Assembly: GCF_004010195.1 (NCBI RefSeq)
Contig: NC_057718.1
Location: 96,495,765 to 96,559,764 of the forward strand
DNA: 64,000 nucleotides
Source of the DNA: Chiloscyllium plagiosum
Lineage: Eukaryota
Reading direction: 5' to 3'
A program made the translations under genes and the position numbers. Position 1 is the stretch's first letter, and every line of letters starts with the position of its first letter. Below are positions 40,154 through 49,980 of the stretch, in pieces. The notes beneath the pieces were generated by a model. That model was not told the DNA's origin. It was given only the letters and a program-made list of their open reading frames with translations, and did not search any database.

Positions 40154-40754
40154 TGCTAGTATTGGTAGGAGAGTATGCCGCATAAAAAAACATTGACAAA
40201 GTCATCATATCTTTTTAGAGCATAGGGCTGCTGTCTTGTCAAAGAAGGAGATGACTGACGGTGGTTTAACCTGAGGGTCATCACGCCTCGGGCAAGGGGA
40301 GAGATTGAGAAGGAGAGTCCTTCATGGTAACCACAGTTGGTGTAGGAATTGAACCCACAATGTTGGCATCACAACCCAGCCATCAGACGAAACCAACTCC
40401 ATTGTTGGCTATATCTCTATAATGTGATGTAGAGCTACCTAAATTATCATCCTCATTCTTGATGAAGGGCTTATGACCAAAACGGCTATTCTCTGCTCCT
40501 CGGATGCTGCCTGACCTGCTGTGCTTTTCCAGTACCACACTCTCAACTCTAAGTTATCATCTGAATGGCTTCACTCTAGCTTTAAGGACATGCATAGTCG
40601 ATATGTTCGATCAACCTGTTCAGGTAAGTAGGTCTGGGACAAGTTGGATTTGAACGCAGTTTTGCATAATCCAGAGTTAGGGACACTACCACTGTGCCAC
40701 AAGATGCTATTGTGTTCTACAATGCAATAGGTGTGTATTAATGACATGATGATC

Positions 40755-41040
40755 ACAGAATCCCTACAGTGTGGAAGCAGGGCATTCAGCCTACCAGGTC
40801 CACACTGCCTTCCCCCCCCCCCCACCCCTCACCAAGAACATCCCTGCAACCCTGCATTTCCCATGGCCAATTCACCTAACCTGCGCATCTTGGGATTGTG
40901 GGAGGAGAGTGGAGTACTTGGAGGAAACCCACAAAGACACGGGGAGAATATGCTAACTCCACACAGACAGTTGCCTGAGGGTGGAATCGAACCCGGGTCC
41001 CTGATGCTGGGAGAAAGCAGCCATTTTGCCACCCAATGAT
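40755..41040 (-). mobile_element. HE1 SINE
   Basis: Reverse-complement HE1 core and tail. Other minus copies at ~43598-43836, ~51276-51572 and ~57945-58425. Confidence 0.85.
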
Positions 41041-41169
41041 GTATGAGAAAATGTAACGTTGACATCAACCATCACATGCTCTTGTGACTCTTCGAAGGGG
41101 ATTGAGTAACCTGTAGAGTTGTATTACAGAGACAGTATGATATGTAATGATGTGTAGATGGAAGAGTTT

Positions 41170-42432
41170 GTTCAAACTCACAAGAGTCAGGCAAAAGTTC
41201 ATTCAGAAAGTTAGAAGGTATGAGATACAGGGAAATTTGGCTGTCAGGATTCAGAACCGGCTGGCCGAAAGAAGACAGAAAATGGTAATGAATGGAAAGT
41301 ATTCTGCCTGGATGTCGGTGACAAGTGGTGTCCCACAGGGATCTGTTCTTGGGCCTCTGTTCTTGTTAGTTTTTATAAATGACTTGGATGAAGAAGTGGA
41401 AGGGTGGGTTAGTAAGTTTGCCGATGCCACAAAGGTCAGTGGTGTTGTAGATAGTGTCGAGGCTGTTGAAGGTTACAACATGACATCTGGAAAAGCACAG
41501 CAGGTCAGGCAGCATTTGAGGAGCAGGAGAATCGACGTTTTGGGCAAAAACCCTTCATCGGGAATGGGCCTTCATCCAGCATTTGCCTGGTTACAACATG
41601 ACGTTGACAAGATGCAGAGCTGGGTTGAGAAGTGGCGGTTGGAGTTCAACCTGGACAAATGCAAAGTGATTCATTTTGGAACATCAAATTTGAATGCTGA
41701 ATACAGGGTTAAAGACAAGATTCTTGGCAGTGTGGAGGAACAGCAGGATCTTGGGGTCCATATACATTGGTCTCTCAAAGTTGCCATCCAAGTTGATAGG
41801 GTTGTTAAGAAGGTGTATGGTGTTTTGGCTTTCACTAACAGGGGGAATGAGTTTAAGAGCTGCAAGGTTTTGCTGCAGCTGTATAGAACCCTGGTTAGAC
41901 CATACTTGGAATATTGTGTTCAGTTCTGGTCACCTCATTATAGGAAGGATATAGATGCTTTAGAGCGGGTGCAGAGGAGATTTACCAGGATGTTGCCTGG
42001 ATTGGAGGGCTTGTCTTATGAAGAGAGGTTGAGCGACCTCGGGCTTTTCACACTGGAGAGAAGAAGGAAGAGAGGTGACTTGATAGAGGTGTACAAGGTA
42101 ATGAGAGGCATCGATAGAGTAGATAGAGACTTTTCCCCAGGGCAGAAATGATTGTCACGAGGGGTCACAATTTTAAGGTGATTGGAGGAAGGTATAGGGG
42201 AAACATCAGAGGTAGGTTATTTACGCAGAGAGTAGTGGATGCGTGGAATGCACTGCCTGCGGTGATGGTAGAATCAGAGACATTAAGGACATTTAAGTGA
42301 CTGCTGGACAAGCACATGGAAAGCAGTAAATTGAGGGGTGTGTCGGTTAGGTTGATCTTAGATTAAGATAAACGCTCAGCATAACATCGTAGGCTGAAGG
42401 GCCTGTACTGTGCTGTATTGCTCTATGTTCTA
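41170..42432 (+). mobile_element. CR1/HER1 LINE, RT domain to 3' end, with nested Penelope fragment 41485-41588
   Basis: SGVPQGSVLGP, SKFADA (FADD mutated), LEYCVQFWSP; 14-nt TSD ggttacaacatgac at 41471 and 41589. Confidence 0.95.
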
Positions 42433-42782
42433 AAAGTCACTCTGAGGTAGTGCAAACACGGAGATGCAACACACTCGCAATGGAGACTTTAAACTCTAGA
42501 GGAGCTGTCTTAAACTCTGCAGGATGGAACCCTTAGTCCTTATTCCCATTGGCCTGTAACCCATTCAGGCTGATCAACTAAGGCTTGTATCAGTTATGAC
42601 AGATCAGACCAACATGTGCCCTTGACTTGGACTCGTGGAAACCAATGGTTTAAATGGTTTCTTTCCTTCTATCTTGTTAATTGTTTTTGAAACTCCAGTA
42701 GCCAAAAAGGGAAATGAAAGTTGTTGTTAAAAGTACATTTTAGCATCATATATAAATTGCTGCTATTTAGGGTTTTATTCAG

Positions 42783-43255
42783 AGAGTCACAGAGCACAGA
42801 AACAGACTTTCAGTCCAACCAGTCAATGCTGAACATAATCCCAAACTCAGCGAGTCCCACCTGCCTGCCCCTGGCCCAATCCCTCCACACCTTTCCTATT
42901 CATGTACTTATCCAAATGTCTTTTAAATAATGTAATTGTACCCATATCCACCACCTCCTCAGGAAGTTCACAGTCCAACCAGTCAATGCTGAACATAATC
43001 CCAAACTCAACGAGTCCCACCTGCCTGCTCCTGGCCCATATCCCTCCACACCTTTCCTATTCATGTACTTATCCAAATGTCTTTTAAATAATGTAATTGT
43101 ACCCATATCCACCATCTCCTCAGGAAGTTCATTTCACGCACGAACTACCCTCTGTGTAAAAAACTTGCCCCTCGTGTTTTCTTTTAACCTCTCTCCTCTC
43201 ACCTTAAAAATATGCCACTTAGTCTTGAAATCTCCTATCCTAGGGAAAAGACGTG
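42783..43255 (-). mobile_element. CR1 3' end with an internal 160-bp tandem duplication
   Basis: Unit starts at 42811 and 42971 (cagtccaaccagtcaatgctgaac). Confidence 0.9.
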
Positions 43256-43276
43256 ACAAAAAATATTTTCTATTAG

Positions 43277-43321
43277 TTGACTGAATTCCCCATGATGAAA
43301 AAGTGCAGAGTCAAGCGCAGG
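43277..43321 (+). pseudogene. IL7-like small C-D loop exon (45 nt)
   Basis: ttttctattag|...cagg|gtaagt, phase 0/0, open: LTEFPMMKKCRVKRR. Confidence 0.55.
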
Positions 43322-44411
43322 GTAAGTGAAGCAGCACACTGTGAGACTTAGAATCGCTTTTTAATTAGAATGATATGGGGTGTTTTTCTGCCTTCTCCAA
43401 GTGATATCAAACACCGCACCAGCTAACCAATATGTTTAAAGTAACACAAAGTAAAGATGTATTCATAAGTAGTGAAGGTGCAAAATGTAGGTTAATTTTA
43501 GAGTGCCAGTCAGGGCTAGCAGCTATTGTGCCAAAGCATGGACAGACAATGAAGGTGAATGACCCCAGTAAGAAATGGGGAAGACCCATGTAACACCACA
43601 TAATCCCATATAGTATGGAAGCAGGCCACTCAGCCCATACCAACCCTCCAAAGATCATCTCCCCTAACCCCTAACTGCATTTCCCATGGCCAATTCACCT
43701 AACCTGCACATCTTTAGACTATGGGAGGCAATCCACTCAGAGACAGGGAGAACATGCAAACCCCACACAGACAGTCACCCAAGGCAGGAATCGAACCTGG
43801 ATCTGTGAGGCAGCAGTGCTAACCACTGTGCCACTGTCTAGCTTAGCATCTGCTTGACCCAAACATCAATTCAACCTCGTAAACATTTTGTGCAACATGC
43901 ACACACAATCTTTACTGTCTCTAGAAGGACAGTACCAAGTCTCTTCATTGCAATTATTGGACAGAAACGCCATTATCAATCCACTGGAGGCCATTGTGCT
44001 GTGACCTTTGCCTAGTTAACGCCATTAGATTGTAAACTGATGATGAAAACATGCATCAACTCTTCTTTGAAAAGCATCTGGACAGACCAACATCAGCATC
44101 CCACATGCACAATAGAGTCACCAGTTGACAAATGGAACTGGACCCTAAGTGTTGAAATTTTATCCAGAATATTTCTTGGACATTTCAGTAGGGAAAGCAC
44201 ATAGGAGATCTTGAGATTTTAAAATTGCAATAAGGGAAATGCTGAAGCTAGAGGTGTTTCTTACACAGCTTGGTTAGTGTCCAGTTTGTCAAATGCAGTA
44301 ATCTTTCCTCAACTTTCCTGGAACAAAATTACATTTGGATAACACCAATAACCAAGCCGTGGTATTTACCAGGCTAACTTCACTCCTTCTGCACCTTCCC
44401 CACACACTCAG

Positions 44412-44475
44412 AGCAACTTGTGTGTAAGGCAAAGGAAACCTACAATTAGATCTACAGAAACAAGACAAGATTCGG
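44412..44475 (+). pseudogene. IL7-like additional C-D loop exon (64 nt)
   Basis: Branch-like gctaac, long pyrimidine tract and cag acceptor; donor cgg|gtaagt. Open (SNLCVRQRKPTIRSTETRQDS), phase 0/1, compatible with both neighbouring exons. Confidence 0.6.
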
Positions 44476-45122
44476 GTAAGTCCACAGTATGTATTTCAAA
44501 CCAAAAGCCCTAGAGGGCAGAGCTATCAATCACCTCGGAACAAGTACACAATGGAACATACAGTTGTATGGATTGACATGTCGAGCGGGCCCTCACAGAT
44601 CACCTGTTTACTAAGATCTGTAAATTTTTCAACTTAATTAATGCCTAACACAAAGCCTCTGTCAGTGATGGATATACACCATTCGGTTGGATCACAATGC
44701 TATTGTTTTAACACAACCTGATCTAGGTGTTTGTGCTTGGCAATGTACACATAGGTACCTCTGAACAAAAACGATAGCAGGTTGTTAGAACCAGCCAAAA
44801 GCTCACCATCTGTGGCCCAATGTCCATCACTGCCAGGTTTCTCGGTAGCAAGAAAGCTAATGTGATGGAACACAGAGTTCATTGACCTTTAAACTCCCAC
44901 CAGGTGGAAGTTTTGTGATCTTCCTGTGAGATTCTTCCAGGTCGGTGCCATGAGACAAAATGCAGGTTATTTCCAAATTGTTAAATTTCACTTTTTGTTT
45001 ATTACAAATGATCAGCCAATTTAAATTTACCACAGGACATCTGTCCATTCCATTCTATTAACCGTATCTTTTCCAATTTAAAATCGTATTCAAGCACTCT
45101 GTTTTCTTCTGAATGTTACCTA

Positions 45123-45313
45123 CAGGTTGTTCTGCTCTAACACACGTTTTTGTTAATGCGAATTCCCTGTAACCCTTATTGATGAATTGGGGACACTATT
45201 TCTAAAGTGTGAACTTTTAAACGTGCATCGCCATTTGAACACTTTCTCAAGCACAATTTTTCTATAATGCGGGGTTGCACAAGAACACAACCATTGCGTT
45301 ATAGGAATACTTG
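45123..45313. mobile_element. Tc1/mariner-type MITE
   Basis: TA|caggttgttct ... aatacttg|TA; related to 48561-48779 and 58748-58977. Confidence 0.6.
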
Positions 45314-45587
45314 TATTTCAAAATTGGCTAAAACTCTGTTATCATGGTAATGCATTTTAGGCGAGACCATGTCCTTAGTTGGAACTAGAAAGGCTACTAG
45401 CACCTGGTTTGTTGGAAAGATTGTCATTTTATTTAACATTCTTCTAATTATTTATATTATTAATTACAGCATGCAGTTGTACACGGAATCATCTCTCCCC
45501 CAGAGTCTGCTGTCTTCTGGTCTATTTCATCACTATTGATGTAATCTAACCATATATATCTTTGTGTATTAACCATTTACTCTACAG

Positions 45588-45740
45588 TTGAGGTACTAAT
45601 AGATAAGAGCTCCTGATGATTATGCATCCTACACTGAATGGTTCATAATTTGGCCACTTCCTGGCATTGTCTCACCTGACAAATTGCTTCGCAATATCAA
45701 ATTGTGCTTCATAGTGCAAAATAAACAGATCCATTTGTGT
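45588..45740 (+). pseudogene. IL7-like terminal exon (helix D and 3'UTR)
   Basis: tattaaccatttactctacag| acceptor, phase 1. Reads VEVLIDKSS**LCILH*MVHNLATSWHCLT* (last stop 45677-45679). The TGA at 45635 aligns with the Arg of human LKRLL, consistent with CGA>TGA. Confidence 0.75.
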
Positions 45741-45750
45741 TGTGTTGTTC
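45720..45750 (+). terminator. Polyadenylation signal AATAAA with downstream GU-rich element
   Basis: aataaa at 45720-45725 followed by ttgtgttgtgttgtt, ~40 nt after the IL7-like stop. Confidence 0.6.
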
Positions 45751-45759
45751 ATGAGCACA

Positions 45760-46395
45760 GGATATCCCAAAATACTGTTTAATCAATGAAGTACTTTAGT
45801 AGTGTTGTCTCTGCTGTAATCTAGAAAATACAGCAGCCAGTTTGATCACAGTCCACTCCCATTAACAACAATGTGATAATGGACAGATTATCTGCTTTTG
45901 CGATGTTAGTTGAAACATTGGTCAGGACATATATTCCCAGTTCTTCTTCAACACAGTACAATGGTGTCTTTTATATTATGTGAGAGGGCACATGAGGCAT
46001 TGTTTTACGGTGTCATTCAAAAGACAGCACCTCAAACAGTGCTGCACTCATTCAGTGCTGCATTGTAGTGTCAACCTTGATTTCTGTGTACAGGTTCTGG
46101 AGTCAGACCTAAACTGACAATCTTCTGGGAGAAAGTGAGGACTGCAGATGCTGGAGTTCAGAGCTGAAAATGTGTTGCTGGAAAAGTGCAGCAGGTCAGG
46201 CAGCATCCAAGGAGCAGGAGAATCGACATTTCGGGCATGAGCCCTTCTTCAGGAACAAGGGCTCATGCCCGAAATGTCGATTCTCCTGCTCCTTGGATGC
46301 TGCCTGACCTGCTGCACTTTTCCAGCAACACTTTTTCAGCGTTGACAATCTTCTGACCAAGCAATGAGAGTGTAACTAGCTGAGCCATGGCTGAC
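45760..46395 (-). mobile_element. DeuSINE carrying a Penelope-derived hairpin insert (46128-46342)
   Basis: Deu-like aaagacagcacctcaaacagtgctgcactc; insert TSD tgacaatcttctg at 46115 and 46343. Confidence 0.75.
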
Positions 46396-47069
46396 ACACA
46401 GAAATCAAGCCTTAGAAGTGGTCATGTATTTGCAAGTAGCAGTTAATGGTTTGGTTCCAACATGTAACACATGCTGCAAAGAATCTGCGCAACACTTTAG
46501 TACACCTCTTGTCAATATTGCCCTGACTGAAATTGCATTCCATATCAACTTTCATAACCACAGCTTGGCTTTAAAGCACTTTACCATGGATGCTCAGTAG
46601 CAGCAGTGTGTACTATTTACAAGATGCACTGCAGAAATTCACCAAAGATCCTTCAACAGCTTCTTCCAATCCCACGACCACTTACATCTAGAAGGATAAG
46701 GCCAGCAGATATATGCGAACACCACTACCTTCAAGTTCCCCTCCAAACCACTCACCATCCTGACTTGGAAATATATTGTTGTTACTGCTTCCGGGTCAAA
46801 ATCCTAGAGTTCCCTCCTTAACTGCAATGTGGGTAACCCCACAGCACATGGACTGCTGCGATTCAAGAAGGCGGCTCACCACCATCCTCTCAAGGGCAAC
46901 TAGGGACGGGCAATAAATATTGGCCTAGCCAGTGACACTCATGTCCCATAAAAACAAAATGAAGTACTTCTGATGTGAAGTTACTGTTGAAATGTGTGCA
47001 TATTAACATAGCAATTACTGCTAACAGAGATCTCACAAATAGTCATGCACAAGATAACAATAATCAGAA

Positions 47070-47710
47070 CATTTGGAGTGTGTCCAGTTCTGGTCTCCCT
47101 CTGATCAGAAGGATATTATTAAGCTGGAGAAGGTTCAGAAGAGATTTACCAGGATGTAGCTGGGCATAGAGTGTTTGAGTTATGAAGGTAAAAACAATGA
47201 CTGCAGATGCTGGAAACCAGATTCTAGATTAGTGGTGCTGGAAGAGCACAGCAGTTCAGGCAGCATCCGAGGAGCAGTAAAATCGACGTTTCAGGCAAAA
47301 GCCCTTCATCAGAGTTATGAGCAGAGGCTGAATAGGCTGGGACCTTTTCCACTGGAGCGTAGAAGGTTAAGAGGTGACCTTCATAGAGGCTTATAAAATC
47401 ATGATCAGGTGAACGCCCTTCCCTAGGGTGAGGGATTTCCAGACTAGGGGGCATACTCATAAGGTGAAAGGAGAAAGATATTAAAAAGACATGAGAGGCA
47501 ATTTTTTTTACATAGAGTGGTTCCTGTGTGGATTGAACTACCAGAGGAAGTGGTAATGCAGGTACAACATTTAAAAGACATTTGGACAAGTACATGGAGG
47601 GATGTGGGCCAACCGCAGGTGGGTGGGACTAGTTTAGTTTGGGATTATGGTCGACATGGGCTGGTTGGACCGAAGTGTCTGTTTCTGTGCTGTGTCACTC
47701 TATAATTCTA
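47070..47710 (+). mobile_element. CR1 LINE 3' fragment with a nested Penelope terminal repeat
   Basis: LERRRLRGDL motif; TSD gagttatga near 47177 and 47312. Confidence 0.85.
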
Positions 47711-47839
47711 TAATTGTCTTGGTCTTCTTAAAAACGGTGCCAGGGAATCTCTCATCTACACCAAAGAGAATACCTGGGGCTTAAATTTTACAGTATCAGC
47801 ATGTTAAAAGTCAAATTCCACCTTTAAAATAATAAAGCA

Positions 47840-48540
47840 TTTCACAGGAGCAATATTGAGCCCAGGTCACATGAGATTTGTGTTAGATGACACATACGTT
47901 TGGTCAAAGAGTTAGGTTTTAAGAAGTGGCAGAGAGGGTAGATAGAGAAATAGATAGGTCCCAGGCAACTGAAGGCATGGTCACCAAATGGTGAAGGGAT
48001 TAGCCACAGGGAATCGTCAAGAGGCCCGAATTAGATGAGCACAGATACTTTGGAAAATTGCGAGGCTGAAGGAGATTCCTGAGATACGTAGAGACACGGC
48101 CATGCCGAGATTTAAAAATAGGAATAAGAATTTTAAAATCAATACGCTGATGGATAGAAGGGAAAAGTTGATCAGTGAAAGCAGGGCAATAGGTGAATGG
48201 GATTTGCTCCAAGTTAGGATGCAGGAAGCAGAATTTAGATGCCCTCAAGCTTGCAGAAGTTGGGATATGGGTGATCAGGTAGGAACACATTGAAATAATG
48301 AATCAGGAGGTAACAGATGTATGAACAAGGGATTCAGTAGCTGATAAGCTGAGACAGGAAGGCAATGTTATGGTGTTGGAAATATGTAGTCTTCATGATG
48401 GCACAAACTCAGCTCCCAGCAAAATATAATACTGAGATTCTCAAGTCATGTGTCTGGGCTCAGAACATCGCCAAGGAGAGTGATGGCATTTTGAGTGGAG
48501 AACATAATGGTTTCAATATTCCCAGCATTTAATTGGACCA
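47840..48540 (-). mobile_element. L2 LINE C-terminal fragment
   Basis: QRIDFKILIPIFKSRHG...YLRNLLQP...SSNSGLLTIP. Smaller L2 ends at ~9265-9545 and ~33745-33920. Confidence 0.8.
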
Positions 48541-48560
48541 ATGCTCTGTCCTTTCATATA

Positions 48561-48779
48561 CAGTCGGTTCTGATATAATGTGATAGTTCCGTTCCTGTGC
48601 AATCTTGTGTTACAAGAAAATTGCATAATAGCTGCACCACTTGAACCAAGGGGGCCGGAATCACGTTATAGCCAGTGCAAGTAAAGAAATTTCACATTCT
48701 ACAAATAATGTTCTGAATTCTTCAATCGCATCAAAGCCAATCTGCACTGGAGAAACATTCATTATAGCAGCACCGACTG
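48561..48779. mobile_element. Tc1/mariner-type MITE
   Basis: TA|cagtcggttctgatataatg ... cattatagcagcaccgactg|TA. Confidence 0.8.
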
Positions 48780-49287
48780 TATTGTAGAGACAATACGTAC
48801 TTGGTACACTATATGTCTGATATAGAGTCATACAATTATTCAGCACGGCAACAGACCCTTGGACACAACCAGTCCATGCTGACCATGTTTGCAAACTAAA
48901 CCACTCCCACCTGCCTGCGCTTGGCCCATATCCCTCCAAACCTTTACAATTCATGTACTTATCGAAGATGAGTGAAGAGAGGGCATGGTAGAGGATGTTA
49001 TCGAAAAGAAAACATCGCCAACAGTGCAGCATTCCCTGAGTCCACTATAGGAAATAGGAAAAGGTTACTCAGCCCATTGAACCTGCGCTCTCATTCAATT
49101 AGATTGGGGCTGATTTTCTACCTCAACAGCATTTTCCAGCACAATCCCCATATCCCCTGATACCTTTGATATCTAGAAATGTATCGGTCTCAACATGCTC
49201 AATGGTTGAGCTTCAGCAGCCCCCTGGGATGCAGAATTCACCCTCTGACAGAAGAAATTCCTCCCCAACTCAGATATCTTATTCTTC

Positions 49288-49980
49288 AAGGAGAAGGTGA
49301 GCACTGCAGACGCTGGAGATCAGAGTCAAAGAGTGTGGTGCTGGAAAAGAACAGACAGACAGGCAGCATCTGAGGAGCAGGAGAATGAACGTTTGAGCAA
49401 AAGCTCTTTGCCTGGAATGACAGGGTGGCCCAAGGAGGCTGTGTCCCGGAGATGTTATGCCTATCTTACTACTGCACCTACTTGCGGAATGTTTCAGAGA
49501 ACATCTCAGGGACACCTGCACCAACCAACCTCATCTCCTGTGGCCAAACACTTCAACTCCCCTTCCACTTTGCCAAGGATATGCAGGTCCTGGGCCTCCT
49601 CCATCGCCAAACCCTTACCACCCAACGCCTAGAGGAAGAACACCTCATCTTCTGCCTCGGTACCCTCCAACCACATGGGATCAATGTGGATTTCACCAGT
49701 TTCCTCATTTTCCCTCCTTCCACCTTATCCCAGATCCAACCTTCCAACTGGGCACCGCCCTCTTGACCTGTCCCACCAGTCCATCTTCCTTCCCACCCTC
49801 CTCTCCGACCTATCACCTTCACTCCCTCCCACCTTCGTTTATGCACTCTCAGCTACCTTCCCCCCAGCCCTAACCCCCCCTCCTATTTATCTCTCAGCCC
49901 CCTTGGACCTCCCTCATTCCTGACGAAGGGCTTATGCTCAAAACATCGATTCGCTTGCTCCTCGGGCACTGCCTGACCGG
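49288..49980 (+). mobile_element. Penelope-like 3' fragment (GIY-YIG C-terminus) with an inverted 5' terminal repeat
   Basis: FREHL, VAKHFNS and RLEEEHLIFCLGTLQPHGINVDF across frames. Confidence 0.85.

Larger units (their letters stand above)
36454..45740 (+). pseudogene. IL7: Interleukin-7-like gene, apparently pseudogenised (7 exon remnants)
   Basis: Colinear exon remnants match recalled human IL-7: CIRNILALVLLLFVLL vs SFRYIFGLPPLILVLL; NGIFLQNCARKL vs EGMFLFRAARKL; SDCSQTLLFPCTLQ vs SEGTTILLNCTGQ; LCILH*MVHNLATSW vs LCFLKRLLQEIKTCW. It has canonical acceptors and donors and an AATAAA with a GU-rich element. It carries frameshifts, in-frame stops and a SINE insertion. Confidence 0.75.

Noticed and set aside
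41147..42151. 334-aa RT ORF as an active or domesticated gene
   Set aside because: 5'-truncated CR1 with a mutated catalytic motif (FADA). The frame is continuous only by chance through a nested Penelope insert.
39082..44475. TSLP-like pattern (C-x19-C with KxK; MKK.R...N.C..Q) in the frame-0 reading
   Set aside because: The first Cys is out of frame relative to the much stronger IL-7 motifs, so the assignment is IL7-like. The resemblance is kept only as a side note.
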